Source: Octopus sinensis (taxonomy: Eukaryota). Taken from it: a stretch of 64,000 nucleotides of DNA. Of the stretch, positions 12,611-25,802 are shown one piece after another. The notes beneath the pieces were generated by a model. That model was given only the letters and a program-made list of their open reading frames with translations, was not told where the DNA came from and ran no database searches. The position numbers and the translations under genes were made by a program. Numbering within the stretch: position 1 is the first letter of the stretch; every line of letters begins with the position of its first letter. The stretch is taken from positions 58,404,001 to 58,468,000 of the forward strand of contig NC_043006.1 of the NCBI RefSeq assembly GCF_006345805.1. Direction: 5' to 3'.

Positions 12611-13064
12611 AATTCACTTAATTTGGTATTCTCTAAATCAGCTTCAAGAGTTCAAGAATGTCGAATTTTCTTGCCAACTCTAAAAAGAATTTCGACTGTT
12701 TTTTTTCTCAAAGTCGACGGCATGAATAGCACCTACTGGATGAAATCGTTGGAAGGTGATTTCCAAAGTTATATGTACGTTTCTCGTGACTTACTAACTA
12801 CTTCAAAACAATGCATCATAGGGGCGAAACTATTTTCACTTTCAGACTCCCCATATCTCAAAACATTTATAATACTACACTTTTCCCGGAAACTCCCAAC
12901 CTCAATGGGGTGGGGGAATTTGCATGCCTTAGTTTCCTAGTCACTCTTCACCACTGATATATATATATATATATATGTACATGCAAATTATATATTTGTA
13001 TATATTTACATATATAGATTTATACACATACTTATATATACAAACATATACATGCATATATTTA

Positions 13065-13112
<48 letters not shown>

Positions 13113-13319
13113 ATATATATATATATACGCATAGATATGCAATCGATTAGTTAGTTGGATATATAACAAATTGACTAATAATAAAGGAGTGGAATTGAAC
13201 CAGTGCGTGTGTTGATAATATTGGCATAATGACCCTCCCTAGACACAACAAAATTTGTTTCAACACACGAATTCACACATAGAATCTTGCAAACCAGATT
13301 AAAAATCGAAATGTCTGCG

Positions 13320-13355
<36 letters not shown>

Positions 13356-13867
13356 GAACTCAGTAGCCATTAAAATTCTACTTTTAAGTTCTATCTTTGA
13401 AAAGTTTCAAATACCACGGGATATAGGAAATCATTTATCCTTTTATTGCCTCACATTTAAATTTGTATATACTTATAAAATATTCAGATATTATTCATGC
13501 TCTTATAAATTGGATTTTTAATGTTTGTAATGTTTGAGTATATTTCGCATTTTATAAAAATTAACACTTTGACTCTCAGAGCAAAATGTCAGAATGTATT
13601 AGAAGTATGAAGTAATTTAAACATAAAACGATGAAAAAAGTATTTTCTTATAGTTATGAAAATGCATTTGAAACTGTAGAGTGTCTTTTTTGAAGATAGG
13701 ATTTTGTAAATGAGAAACTTTGTATAAAGACAGCTTTTTTATGTAGGTATTTATGTACATATGTCATTGTTCAGATTCATTTCAAGATTTCTAGCCAATA
13801 GAGAAAGAACCGGTTTCTAACCTAGATCCGAGGCTCCTTCATTGGAATTTCAGCATCCTCAACAGGG

Positions 13868-14085
13868 TATGTATATATGTATGTATTTATGTAAGTATGT
13901 TTGTATGTATGTATGTATGTATGTATGTATGTATGTATGTATGTATGTATGTATGTATGTATGTACGTACGTACGTATGTATGTATGTATTTATGTATGT
14001 ATGTATTTATGTATGTATGTATGTATGTATGTATGTATGTATGTATGTTTGTATGTATGTACGTACGTATTTATGTATTTATGTA
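13868..14085. repeat. (TATG)n microsatellite
   Basis: About 220 bp of TATG with TACG/TTTA variants. Confidence 0.97.
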
Positions 14086-14395
14086 TATTCCCTTTCATTT
14101 CTAATTTCATTTCTTCCTCTGAAGAAGGAGCTAGTTTTATCAAAGATAGTTTTTAACAAAGCTTCATATTTGGAATGTAGATAACAAAAACAAATTCACA
14201 TTTTAAACTTGAGAAAAGTCTTGCATATTTTTACTGTTTTACTTACAGAATGTATTTGTAATGTGAAGGGTTGCTAGTTGATTTCTTTTTTTTGAGGACC
14301 CCAGATTATCCAGATTATCACTTAGGTATTTACTCACAAAACCAAGCGCACCATAGAGAAGCTGAAGGTTTCGAGATAGTTTTCCGTATTTACCC
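14086..14395 (-). mobile_element. 3' fragment of an R4/Dong-clade (REL) LINE ending in (CATA)n
   Basis: RNLQLLYGALGFVSKYLSDNLDNLG... is homologous to the C-termini at 53060-53395 and 59051-60300; the 3' UTRs are also similar. Confidence 0.75.
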
Positions 14396-14479
14396 TCTTT
14401 CTCTTTGGTTTTGGAGGGGTGTCCAGCATGGCTACAGTTTAAAGACTGAAACAAGTTTTTAAAAAAAGATATTTAGCAT

Positions 14480-14690
14480 ATGATAGACCACGAGTCATTG
14501 ACTGAGGTCATCCCGACAGGAAATGTGGAGAAGAACAAAAGGTCGCCAAGGATGTTTGTGAGCTGACGACATTCAGGAATTGACTGGAAACAGGAGTATG
14601 GCTCATTGTATGCAAACAGCACAACACAGAGAACTGGAGAGAGTTTTGGCAAGTCGACTATTGGACATAAGGAAGGCATCAGGTTAACTA
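14480..14690 (+). mobile_element. RTE-clade LINE 3' relic
   Basis: EVIPTGNVEKNKRSPR resembles a decayed G(K/N)VEGKRxRGRP motif, followed by residual RTE C-terminal sequence. Confidence 0.5.
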
Positions 14691-14705
14691 ATGATATCTA
14701 AAGGA

Positions 14706-14939
14706 TAAGGCGGCGAGCTGGCAGACACGTTAGCGCGCCGGGCGAAATGCTTAGCGGTATTTCGTCTGTCGTTACGTTATGAGTTCAAATTCCGCCGAGG
14801 TCGACTTTGCCTTTCATCCTTTCGGGGTCGATAAATTAAGTACCAGTTACGCACTGGGGTCGATGTAATCGACTTAATCCCTTTGTCTGTCCTTGTTTGT
14901 CCCCTCTATGTTTGGCCCCTTGTGGGCAGTAAAGAAATA
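14706..14939 (+). mobile_element. Full-length SINE family A
   Basis: 17-bp TSD TAATGATATCTAAAGGA at 14689-14705 and 14940-14956. Confidence 0.93.
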
Positions 14940-15061
14940 TAATGATATCTAAAGGAGCTATCAGGAGCTATATTGTGTTTACCTTATGAAATTTAATCTT
15001 ATGAATGGGAAAGTAGAAGATAAGTAAAAATACAAAGTAATTTTATGTAAAGGTTCCCTGT

Positions 15062-15345
15062 TTGCTGCTTGCTTGATGCTCTTTCTTGATGGGGCTGGGG
15101 GTTATCTCAGATTAGTGGTCTCAGAGACATCATCATGCGTAGAGCCGACCAGATCCACCAGTGCTCTCCATCACTGGCAGTCCCGTGCCAGCCTCTCTGC
15201 ATCTTCTGAGGTGGCATCGAGCCGCTAGAGAACTTCCATAGTTGTGTCGAGCCATTTAGTGTGGGGCCTGTCACGAGGCCCCTTCCAGCCCGCTGCTGCT
15301 GCGTTGAATGAGACTAATGCCATGGTAGGATGATCTAACAGAAAA
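15062..15345 (-). mobile_element. RTE-clade LINE 3' relic with (AAGC)n-like tail
   Basis: Minus strand ...GWKGPRDRPHTKWLDT...WRALVDLVGST, typical of an RTE C-terminus. Confidence 0.55.
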
Positions 15346-15487
15346 CGGAGGATGTGTCTGTACAATGGAGTTTATTTCAATGATTCCTCATGGATAATAG
15401 GGTTGGGAAATACTGCTCCATATACTGACAACATTGCTTTTATATATAGCTACACTGCTTGAAGGCAGTGGACTAGCAGAATCGTTT

Positions 15488-15975
15488 GAAGGCGGCGAGC
15501 TGGCAGAAACGTTAGCATGTCGGGTGAAATGCTTAGCGGTATTTCGTCTACTGCTACGTTCTGAGTTCAAATTTCACCGAGGTCGACTTTGCCTTTTATC
15601 CTTTCGGGGTCTGCTAAATAAGTACTAGTTACGCACTGGGGTCGATATAATCGACTTAATCCGTTTGTCTGTCCTTGTTTGTCCTCTCTGTGTTTATCCC
15701 CTTGTGGGTAGTAAAGAAATAGGCATTTAGTCTGCCGTTACGTTCTGAGTTCAAATTTCACCGAGGTCGACTTTGGTAGTAAAGAAATAGGCATTTAGTC
15801 TGCCGTTACGTTCTGAGTTCAAATTCCACTGAGATCGATTATGCCTTTCATCCTTTCGGGGTCAATAAATTAAGTACCAGTTACGCACTGGGGTCGATGT
15901 AGTCGACTTAATCCCTTTGTCTGTCCTTGCTTGTCTTCTCTATGTTTAACCCCTTGTGGGCAATTAAGAAATAAG
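15488..15975 (+). repeat. SINE-A head followed by tandem body units, including one ~65-bp deleted unit
   Basis: GGCGGCGAGCTGGCAG at ~15491; repeated AAAGAAATAGGCATTTAGTCTGCC junctions at ~15713 and ~15781. Confidence 0.88.
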
Positions 15976-17625
15976 AATCGTTTGAGTGTCAAGAAAAACT
16001 CCATGCGGTATTTCTTCCGGCTCTTTATGTTCTGAGTTCAGATCACGTAGAGATCAAGTTAGCCTTTCTTCCTTTTGGATCCATTAATTAAAGTACCGCT
16101 CAAATACTATGGCTGATGTAATTGGCAAACTAATCCCGCCTCGTTCAAAATTCCTAGTCTCGTGCTGAAAGTTGAACTTATATATAGTCACATTGCTTCA
16201 TATTTACAGTGGGTGAACAATGAAAAGTCGTGAGAAACATGCCTTTATCAACAACATTAGTAATAATTAGAGAGCCCTAGGTAGTCACTCAACCTGATAG
16301 AAATAGCAACTAGAACTTCTAGCGTCTAAAATAAACAAGGGCACATTGAACAATGTAGGTTATGATATGCAAAAAAAAAACAATAGGGTTCAAGGTTATT
16401 ATACCGTTGATCAGATCAGAATAACCTGGGACTAAACAACAACAACAAAATTAATGACGTAAGTGAAGTGACTACAACTCGGATTCGAACATAAGTAGTA
16501 CGTATATTCTGATTTGCTGAGCCTTACTTCTGTCTTGTCACGTTAACAACCATTTTGCAAATAATTATAGCAACTCTGTAGACCTATTTTAGATGTTACC
16601 CTTTTATGTATATATTTATTTTTATAACTCTTCTTAGTAACATCTGTTAATTTTATTTTAATGAGAGGAACGGCGGCTTAAACCTACTAAAATAATCGAT
16701 ATTGATGAATCACTCGACAGTTGTTGGAAGAAACGTGACAGTATTTCTATTGTATTTGTTATTGCGGAATAAATTAAACGGGCGACAGAGAAGAAAGCGA
16801 TAAAATCAGTTGAAATAAAGTGATAAATTTATCATAGAAGGAATTATTCTTGTGCGTCATCATGGATTATTCTTGTATGTCATCATGTTCTACTATAGTT
16901 TCGATGATACCAAAAGATTATCGCTCAACTTAAGATAATCAGCTGAAGGAAAATGAAATCCCTAAAAGTCGTTAGATGCATCTTTAAAATAATGTTGGTC
17001 TCCCTGGATAGATGAGATTAATATTATTAATTGTTCAGTTCGAATTTCAATATATTAACGACTGCGGTGAGGATGGATGGTCAGGAAGTGTTTTGCAGAG
17101 ATTTACAATTCTGAACATGAAGGATTAGGTAAAAAGTATTTTGTACGGGGTTTTATGGAAGACAAGAAAAAGACAGGTGAATATGCGAGGTGGACTTTGA
17201 TGATCATAGTTATACAGCTGGCTAGTTCACGTGAGTAAAGATCATTTGTATTAATGATAGAAGACAGCGAGTAGAAACAATGCAACAGTGAGCTAACAAT
17301 AAAAGTGTGAATAATGATTTGCCAGAACTGAATAGTCTTTTTTAAAAGAATGTAGTGTCCATGCGTGTAACAGCAGGAAGTCCCTGATATATTAACAGCA
17401 CTACTGCAGTTCATGTTTCAGGTTTCTAGAAGACCAACAAGTGGCTGGTGCTAAACGATTTTCTCGCACTGAAGAATTGTCTACGTTGTAGTCAGGTTAT
17501 TTAGTTACGTATGAGTGACCGCCTTGAAAGATTATCGACGATTGCGAAAACTAGCATCTGTAGAGACTTTAAAGCTTCGATGTATTGTTCATGTGTAGGT
17601 AGCGTATATAAAAGGCTCTTGGTGT

Positions 17626-17795
17626 ATGAGGCGACTGTACCTTTGTAGTGGTTAAGAAGTTGCACTCACAATCGCGTGATCACGATTTCGATTCCCAGAC
17701 CGGCTGTGCGTTGTGTCCTTGAACAAAACACTTCATATTGCGTGGCTCTAGTCTACTCGGCTATAAATTGGTAACCTTGCGACGGATTGGCGTAC
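17626..17795 (+). mobile_element. tRNA-SINE family C head with truncated V-domain-like piece
   Basis: GTGTCCTTGAACAAAACACTT core as in 22382-22655; ends ACCTTGCGACGGATTGGCGT. Confidence 0.6.
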
Positions 17796-18439
17796 AAAGA
17801 TGAGGTAGTGACTCAAGAAAATCGTCCGAACGGCGGTCTCGCAAGCCACATTTTGTATTCAGCGATCAAAATGATGAATGGAACAACCTGTATTGTGAAT
17901 CCCGACTGGTTGGGATTGATTGTTCAACCAAATCGGAAAGTCAATCAATCAAATATATCTTCTTTGGAACATGTTTCTAAAATCTCTGTTCCTGGAAGCA
18001 GCGTGTGTCTGCTGTTTAGATGATACCGGCGTACGAAAAGTCGAGGAATAAAGGGCGTATTATTTACATAGGAGTACTTGGGATAATAACACGTAAGTTG
18101 TCAATGTAGAAAAGGAACGAAAACAAAACCAAACTGTTGAGTACAGATACATTAGATTTGATAGAGTGTGGATCGGAAGGATATCAAAAACATTTACAAT
18201 CATAGAATAGGAAACTTAATATAAGAAATAAAAGATAGAAGCGTGGCATATGGAACGATGTCACCGCTTGAACTGAGGTTAACTGCCGAAACCTAGATGT
18301 TATGATGGCTGCTGGGAGCTGATGGTGGGAGATGACCGTTATTTCTAGAGTCGGAGATCAGTTTTACATAGAAGACGAAATCTGATGAGATTTTTTACCA
18401 CAAACTTTTATTCTTTTCGTACACGAGCAAGTGACAAAT

Positions 18440-18666
18440 GCTGTTGTGACTACGAACGACAAATGTTGAGAGAGTTGGATGTTATTGTTCTTGGTGTAAT
18501 CGTAATAGTATTCGAAAACTTAACCGCTAATCGTTGTGTTGCTGTGCCGGTAGTTCGTTATGTTGATATCAGCCCTGTGTTGCTGTCCGCATCTGTTCGC
18601 CGTCCATCTGTTGCATCGTCTCATGCTCTCCTCTCTCTCTCTCTCTCCTTTCCCCCTCTCTCACTC

Positions 18667-18697
<31 letters not shown>

Positions 18698-18803
18698 TTC
18701 ACACACACACATATAATGGGACTATAAGGTTCTTGATACACTACTCTTCACGATATTGTGCTACTCTATACAACTTTACACTACATCGTTCAACAGTGTA
18801 ACA
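18440..18803 (+). mobile_element. Possible solo LTR distantly related to the Gypsy LTR
   Basis: TGT...ACA ends; short matches (TTCGTTATGTT, GTTGGAT) to the reverse complement of the 1-95 LTR; no TSD found. Confidence 0.35.
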
Positions 18804-18817
18804 TTAGATGTTTTCCA

Positions 18818-19230
18818 AAGGCGGCGAGATGACAGAATTATTAGCACGTCCGGCGAAATGCTTGGTGGCATGTCATCCGATTTTACGTTCTGAGTTCAAA
18901 TTTTGTCGAAGTTGACTTTTGCCTTTCATCCTTTCGCGGTCGATAAATTAAGTACCAGTTGAGCACTGGGTTCGATGTAGTCGACTTACCCCTTCCTCGA
19001 AACTGCTGGCCATGTGCCGAAATCTGAAAGCAATATTAGACTTTCTCTAAAGGCGGCGAGCTGGCAGCAATCGTCTGTCTTTACATTCTGAGTTCAAACT
19101 CCGCCGAGTACGACTCTACCTTTCATACCTTCAGAGTCGATAAAATAAGTACCAGTTGAGCATTGGAATTAATGTAATCGACGTAGCCCTTTTCCCGAAA
19201 CTGCTGGCCTTGTGCCAAAATTTGAAACCT
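18818..19230 (+). mobile_element. Two tandem SINE-A copies separated by a target-like 15-mer
   Basis: Heads at ~18819 and ~19050. ATATTAGACTTTCTC at 19033-19047 and 19231-19245; degenerate copy at 18801-18816. Confidence 0.85.
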
Positions 19231-19299
19231 ATATTAGACTTTCTCAACTAAATATACACTAACATCTGTTTGCTGTTATGATGTCTGTGACTAGACATA

Positions 19300-19520
19300 T
19301 ACGAGTAGGTGCTGAAAAGTTCCTGGCTTTGAGTAAAAGAAAATACAAGAGAATCAGTTAATTATGATTTTATTCAACATAAACCCCTCTCAGATTCACA
19401 CTCTTATTACAGCGGTCTTTCGGTTTTTCTGAGCCCTGTAAAATAACTCGGAAGGTTGAGCCTCCAACCAAGCCATTCGCGACACCCTTAAAACCAGGAA
19501 CTTTTCAGCACTCCTTCGTA
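19300..19520. mobile_element. Mariner-derived MITE
   Basis: TIRs TACGA..GTGCTGAAAAGTTCCTGG at both ends; TA termini. Confidence 0.88.
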
Positions 19521-19939
19521 CTCGTAAGTAGTAATGACAGAATCACTGTGTAGGTGTGAAAAATTAGCATATTAATCACTGAGGTGGTTAATTATTCAGA
19601 GATGCCGTCCATCTCACGATAACTAAGTTTGTGAAGTTTGTGAAGTTTGTGTCAACATATTTAATGTAGTCAGCATGAACTACCCAGTTAGATATACTTA
19701 TATGGTGAGGAGAAGACAACATTATCTCTGTCATTTGGAATAGTATGGGAGATAACTCAGGATATATTTCAGTGTTATTAGACCCGCTCAGTGAAGGTAC
19801 CAAAGTATGACAAGAGGATCACTGAGAACTACAATATTGTACAAGAACAGACAAATTTATCTACAAAAATTAGCAAAAAATGTTATGCACTCTTGTTTCT
19901 GTAATTTATTAAAACAAAAGCAGGGGTAGACCCGTTACA

Positions 19940-21120
19940 TCATTTTCGACAGAGTGTCCTAGCTTCTCAATGCACTTTTTCCAACGGTCAACAGGCTTGC
20001 TTATTCCACTGGAAAAGGTTTGCAGTTGGTCGCTCAGCCACTTATGCACCGCTTCCTGCGCTTCTTCGTTCGTAGCAGATCGGTGACCTCGTAAAAAATG
20101 TTTGAACGGTCCAAAGAGATGATAGTCAGAAGAGGTGAGATCTGAACTTTATGCATAGAGTTCCAGCAACTCGAAACCCAATTTTTCCATAGTCCCAGCT
20201 GTGTGGGTGGCTGTATATGGGGGTGCATTGTAGTGCAGCAATAACACTTTCTTTGACAGTAGACCTTGGTGTTTGGTGCAAATTGATGATCTCAGTTTAT
20301 TGGCCAGCATTTCACTGCAGTCTACACTGGTGACTGTAGATCTCTTTTCTAGGTAATGTTCCAGAAATTCCCTTTTGCACCCCCAGAAGGATTAGAAGCA
20401 CTTTCCTGTAGAAGGTTGAGTATTGAACTTCTTTTTCGCTGGCGATTCCGGGTGTTTCCACTTCATACTCTGCCTTTTGGATTCTGGCTCAAAGTGATGG
20501 ACCCAGGTTCCATCTTCCGTGGTTATGCTCTCCACTCCCCACCAGAAAATGCTTCGCCATCATCGTTGTAATGGTTGAATAAGCGCTGACGGACCTCCTC
20601 ACGATTGTGCATATGCACTTAGGTGAGTTCTCTTGGCACTTATCTCGTACAGATTTTACGGAAGCGAAGCTTCTCGTCGATGATTTCGTATGAAAAACCA
20701 TGACTAATTTGCAGAGACCATGTCACATCGTTGATGGTCACTCATCAGTTCGCCAGAACCATCTCTCAAGATTGTTGAATCTTCACCTCAGTGGTGGAGG
20801 TTGATGGGCATCCTGATCGCTTTTCGTGCTTCACGTTTGTCCGGCAATTTCATTTCTAAGCTTCTCGGTTCACTCATACACACTTCTATGTGATAGAATT
20901 GTGTTCCTGTATTGTACTGAAAGTCTGCGATAAATTTTAGCTCCTGACACGCCTTCAGACCAGAGAAAAGAGATCACTGATCTCTGGGTTTTTTTTCAGT
21001 GCACACTGCCAGCGGAGCGGCCGAGTTTACTATATAACACAGGTTAAGAAAACTGGGGCGATGAGGGTCAAACCTCGGTTGCATAACCACAAGAGTACAA
21101 CCTTTTTAGCACGTGAGCAC
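19940..21120 (-). mobile_element. Degenerate mariner (D,D34D) transposon
   Basis: Minus strand TWVHHFEPESKRQSMKWKHPESP, LLLHYNAPPY and SSDLTSSDYHLFGPFK (WVPHEL/YSPDLAP-type family motifs). Confidence 0.85.
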
Positions 21121-21329
21121 TGAAGGTAGTGCAGCCAACCTAAAGAAGGTTTCGCTAATAGTGCGGATAATTTTTGACTTCTTGTACACAGACGTGAAGT
21201 AGCGAGAGCGTATCGTTGATGAGGTCACGAATAATGACGAAAAGACTCTGAGGACCTAGATAATTGATTAAATGCTTAACCCTTTGACTTTTACTTTAAA
21301 AATGGTTTCACATTTTGGCATAAGGTAGT

Positions 21330-21730
21330 AATTTTCAGGAGAGAGATAAGTCGATTAGATTGGTCCCAGTGCTCCGCTTGAACCTATTTTAATGACCCCG
21401 AATAGATGAAGGAAAAATTGGCCTCTGCGGTATTTTAATTCAGAACGTGCAGACGGAAGACTTGTCCCTAAGCATCTTTCCGGCGCAGTAACGATTCTGC
21501 CAGCAGCAGCAGCAGCAACAACAACATCAGTGGAGGCGCAATGGCCTAGTGGTTAGGGCAGCGGACTCGCGGTCGTAAGAACGCGGTTTCGATTTTCAGA
21601 CCGGGCATTGTGAGTGTTTATTGGGCAAAAAACACCTAAGCTCCACAATGCTCCGGCGGAGGGTGGTGGTGAACCCCGCTGTACTTTTTCACCACAACTT
21701 TCTCTCACTCTTTCTTCCTACTTCTGCCAG
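21330..21730. mobile_element. SINE-A (minus, ~21330-21500) back-to-back with a truncated SINE-B (plus, 21531-21730)
   Basis: Family motifs as above. Confidence 0.8.
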
Positions 21731-21974
21731 GAACCATGGTGTAACCCACTATGGTGTGGTAAACTTTCAGACCCTAGTCTAGATTGCGAATCCTCTGTAC
21801 TCCAGGATGGTTCCGCTCTCCACCCGTTAAAAGCCACCGTTTACGTAATGAGGATAACAACGTAGCTTTCTATTGCATGTGGTGGGTGGATCTTTCCACA
21901 CGCATTCTTAGTAGCTTAGAGTAGGCTCGAATTAGAGTTTTATATTTATGGTTAATGGTGTGAGTCCTGATTGG

Positions 21975-22130
21975 AAGAAGAAGAAGAAGAAGAAGAAGAA
22001 GAAGAAGAAGAAGAAGAAGAAGAAGAAGAAGAAGAAGAAGAAGAAGAAGAAGAAGAAGAAGAAGAAGAAGAAGAAGAAGAAAACGACGACGACAACAACA
22101 GCAACAGCAACAACAACAATAACAACAACT
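21975..22130. repeat. (GAA)n ~36 units followed by (GAC)/(CAA)n
   Basis: Direct reading. Confidence 0.97.
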
Positions 22131-22381
22131 GAAATACAATCAGTTTCTTGTTGGCATAATGAAATAAAGTCTCTTTCAACACACGATTTTACATCAAAAA
22201 TCTTTCAAAGCAAATACAAAGCCAGAAGATACAATGAAACATATTTACAAAACAAGAAGGAAGCAGGATGAACCAAAATTTGCTTCCGTACCAAAAACTG
22301 TTTGCTGTATAAATAATAAAGTGAATAGTCTTGCAATACTAGAAATTCTCTCTGCAATACCTTAGTCTTATCCATACTCTA

Positions 22382-22655
22382 GTGAAGGCACGTGGCTTAG
22401 TGGTTAGGGTAAGCGGTACACGGTCGTGAGTTCGGTTTCCTGCGGCGTGTTCCGTCCTTGAGCAAGACACTTTATTCCAAGTTGATCCACTCCACACAGC
22501 AGCCAAAAATGAATAGTACTTGTGTTTCATAAGGCCAGCCTCATCACACTGTGTATCATGCTGAACCAGCCTGTGGAGTGCTCAGCCTCTTGCACGTTAA
22601 TTTGCTGTTCCGTTGATCGGATTAGCTGGAAGCCTCGTCGCAGTAACCGACGGAG
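22382..22655 (+). mobile_element. SINE family C head with family-B-type tail
   Basis: GTGAAGGCACGTGGCTTAGTGG head; tail GTGGAGTGCTCAGCC...ACCGACGGAGTGCC. Confidence 0.8.
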
Positions 22656-23199
22656 TGCCAGTCAACAATACTCTATGTAAGCCTAAAATACTATTTGTTG
22701 CGTGAGTAGCATGGACATTGATGGACATGTTTCGGTGACAAAGACGTTAATGAACAAACGATCAGGATTATTAGTTAATGGCTTGCATAGTAACTGCCTA
22801 AATAATTTCCTTTTTATAAGGTGCTTACTTGCATAACAGCAGATTTAAACATGCTTAGTGTCACTTTTCCGTTGAATAATAGTACTGAGTGTTAGTCTAT
22901 TAAATTTATTAAGACAATTAGTTTTTAGTCATTCATTTATTTTAATGATAATGATATTATCATATTCGCTTTTTCTCTGTTATTTTTCCTGCTGTCCATT
23001 TCCGAGATCGATAAACGGTAAACAAGTGTAATTGGTTTTTAAAACCACCAAGGAATAAAACCCATTTTGATCAGTGGTCTTGCGAAGTAGTATAACCGGT
23101 AAATCAACAACTGCACTTCCAATGATAAAGTGTTAACAACGCAAACAGTAACATCGTTCTGCAAGTACAAGTGTGTGCATTATTATTGTAACACATCGG

Positions 23200-24245
23200 T
23201 CAAAATACTTAGCGGCATTTCGTTCGTCTTTACGTTCTCAGTTCAAATTTCGCTGAGGTCGACTTTCCCATTCAGCCTTTCAAGGTCGATAAAATAAGTA
23301 CCAGGCAAATAATGGAGTGGATGTAACCGACTAGCCCCCCTCCCGCAAAATCTCAAGCCTTGTACCTATAGTAAAAAGAATTACTTTAGGTGGCGAGCTG
23401 ATGGAATCGTTAGCACGCTGGGCAAAAGTACTTCGCGGTATTTCGTCCGTCTTTAAGTTTTGATCTCGAATTCCGTCGAGGTCGACTTTGCCTTTCATCT
23501 TTTCGGAGCCGATGAAATAAGTACAAGTTGAGCACTGTACAAGTTGAGCACTGTACAAGTTGAGCCTCAAAATTGCTGGCCTTGTGCAAAAATAAGAAAT
23601 TATTATTTTTATTATTAATTAATTATTATTAACAATTATTTCTACTGTAGGCACAAGACCTGAAATTTTAAAGCGGGGTATAGTCGATTGCATCGACTCC
23701 AGTACTTAGCTGGTACTTATTTTATCGATCCCCTAAGAAGGAGATCAAAACTTAAAGACGGACGAAATACTTTGCCTGGCGTGCTAACGATTCTGTCAGC
23801 TCGCATCCTTAAGTCATTGTTTTTACTATATCGCGAAGCATTCTACCCGGCGTGCTAACGATTCTGCCAGCTTGCAGCCTTAAGCAATTCTTTTTACTAT
23901 ATGTATTTCTTTACTACCCACAAGGGGCTAAACACAGAAGGGACAAACAAGGACAGACAAACGGATTACATCGACCCCAGTGCGTAACTGGTACTTAATT
24001 TATCAACCCTGAAAAGATGAAAGGCAAAGTCGACCTCGGTGGAATTTGAACTCAGAACGTAACGGCAGACGAAATACGGCTACGCATTTCGCCCGGCGTG
24101 CTAACGTTTCTGCCAGCTCGCCGCCTTTTTAAAAAAAGTTACTAGCAAGCAGCTAGAATAATGAAATTTTGTGTAGAGAGGGCGAGTCGATTACATCGAC
24201 ACCAGTACGCAACTGGTATTTATTTCATCGACCCCGAAAGGATGA
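23200..24245. mobile_element. Cluster of about six SINE-A copies: plus strand at 23200-23590, minus strand at 23650-24245
   Basis: Repeated family-A motifs in both orientations; internal 16-mer TGTACAAGTTGAGCAC roughly triplicated at ~23521-23566. Confidence 0.85.
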
Positions 24246-24666
24246 TCAGCGGGTATTACACTGCACAACACGGCAATATGTAATACACTGTAATACACGG
24301 GTAAATTTGGAAATATACTTTTCCATTATGGGTAAACAGTCCTATTAATATTAAGTATCACATGCACACACACACGATCATACATACATACATGTATGCA
24401 CACAATTATGGTTATGTAAACCTAATGCTTTTTACCTCTCTTTTTTTAGCTGTCATGTTTATCTTTCTATTTAAACTGCATTGGTGCCTGTCTGTGCGCG
24501 ATGGACCGAAAATTATGTGCAGCGCACGCGTGCGTACGTGCGTGCGAGTATATTTCAGATATTTGGTACCTAATGACTACGAAGATTTTTTTTCATCTTT
24601 ACCTTGCTCCTACCACTATCGATTTTAACTTTTTATGTTGACTCTATTTTCCCTCCTCCCTATATG

Positions 24667-25051
24667 TGGAAGCACTCCGTCGGTTACGACGACGAGGGTT
24701 CCGGTTGATCCGAATCAACGGAACAGCCTGCTCGTAAAATTAACGTGTAAGTGGCTGAGCACTCCACAGACACGTGTACCCTCAACGTAGTTCTCGGGGA
24801 TATTCAGCGTGACACAGAGAGTGACAAGGCCGGCCCTTTGAAATACAGGTACAACAGAAACAGGAAGTAAGAGTGGGAGAAAGTTGTGGTGAAAGAGTAC
24901 AGCAGGGATCACCACCATCCCCTGTCGGAGCCTCGTGGAGCTTTAGGTGTTTTCGCTCAATAAACACTCACAACGCCCGGTCTGGGAATCGAAACCCCGA
25001 TCCTATGACCGCGAGTCCGCTACCCCAACCACTGGGCCATTGCGCCTCCAC
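24667..25051 (-). mobile_element. Full-length SINE family B
   Basis: 12-bp TSD CCTCCCTATATG at 24655-24666 and 25052-25063. Confidence 0.92.
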
Positions 25052-25729
25052 CCTCCCTATATGATGTAAAGCATCACTAGAAAAACCAACCAACCAACCA
25101 AACAACCAACCAACATTTATATCGGCTATTATTATAATAAAGATTATATATATATATCTTGCATGATTTGACTTAACAAAGGAATGTTTGTCTTACTGGG
25201 AAACGCTATAATTTGAAACTCCGAAACGATTTAGCAAGGCTGCTATTACACCACACACGCACGCACGCACGCACGCACGAACAAACACACATACACACCA
25301 GTCACTTAAGCTGGATAAGTGATACTCATGAACTGGATATATTAATGAATACATACATTGTAACGTCAGAGAGAGAGAGAGAGAGAGATGCAAGTAGATA
25401 CGTAAATAAGTTGTTTGTCAAATGTTGCGTAAATGTCAACTAGAAGAAAGGTCAATAGTTTTGGGGTGGATTAAAGTAAAGTACTATTAAATATTCTACT
25501 GAAATTTGATATTTTTAAATACACTCCCTCTTTGTTACTCTCAACCTATGCCTCTAGAGTTAAATTTGACGAAACGAATCGATATTCTGAGCTCAGATCT
25601 CGTCTCCTACCATTTATTTGAATGTTTTACTCTTTGACCAGATATTCCCAGAAAATTGTTGCTGCTATTGTTGTTGTTGTTGTTGTTGTTTAACCTTGGA
25701 TCAGGTTTGAGCCAGCAGACCTACGATCA

Positions 25730-25781
25730 AATGTACAACGGTATGGGCAAGGCTCTAGCTTTGCCCATACCGTTGTACATT
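25730..25781. repeat. Perfect 21-bp inverted repeat, 10-nt loop
   Basis: AATGTACAACGGTATGGGCAA / TTGCCCATACCGTTGTACATT. Confidence 0.95.
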
Positions 25782-25802
25782 AAAAATAATAATATCCCCA
25801 AG

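Noticed and set aside
12700-12780. Possible exon VDGMNSTYWMKSLEG after a polypyrimidine tract
   Set aside because: No recognisable family; such tracts are common by chance in this composition.
13785-13835. CCAATGA...GAAACCGGTT motif on the minus strand
   Set aside because: G5 is missing and helix I does not pair.
22715-22770. CTGATCG...GAAACATGTC on the minus strand
   Set aside because: No helix I or helix II pairing; probably chance.
24421-24540. Strong-looking acceptor (CTAAT + pyrimidines + AG at 24448-24449) with a GTACGT donor ~84 nt later
   Set aside because: Two frames are open but neither is recognisable; unsupported without transcripts.
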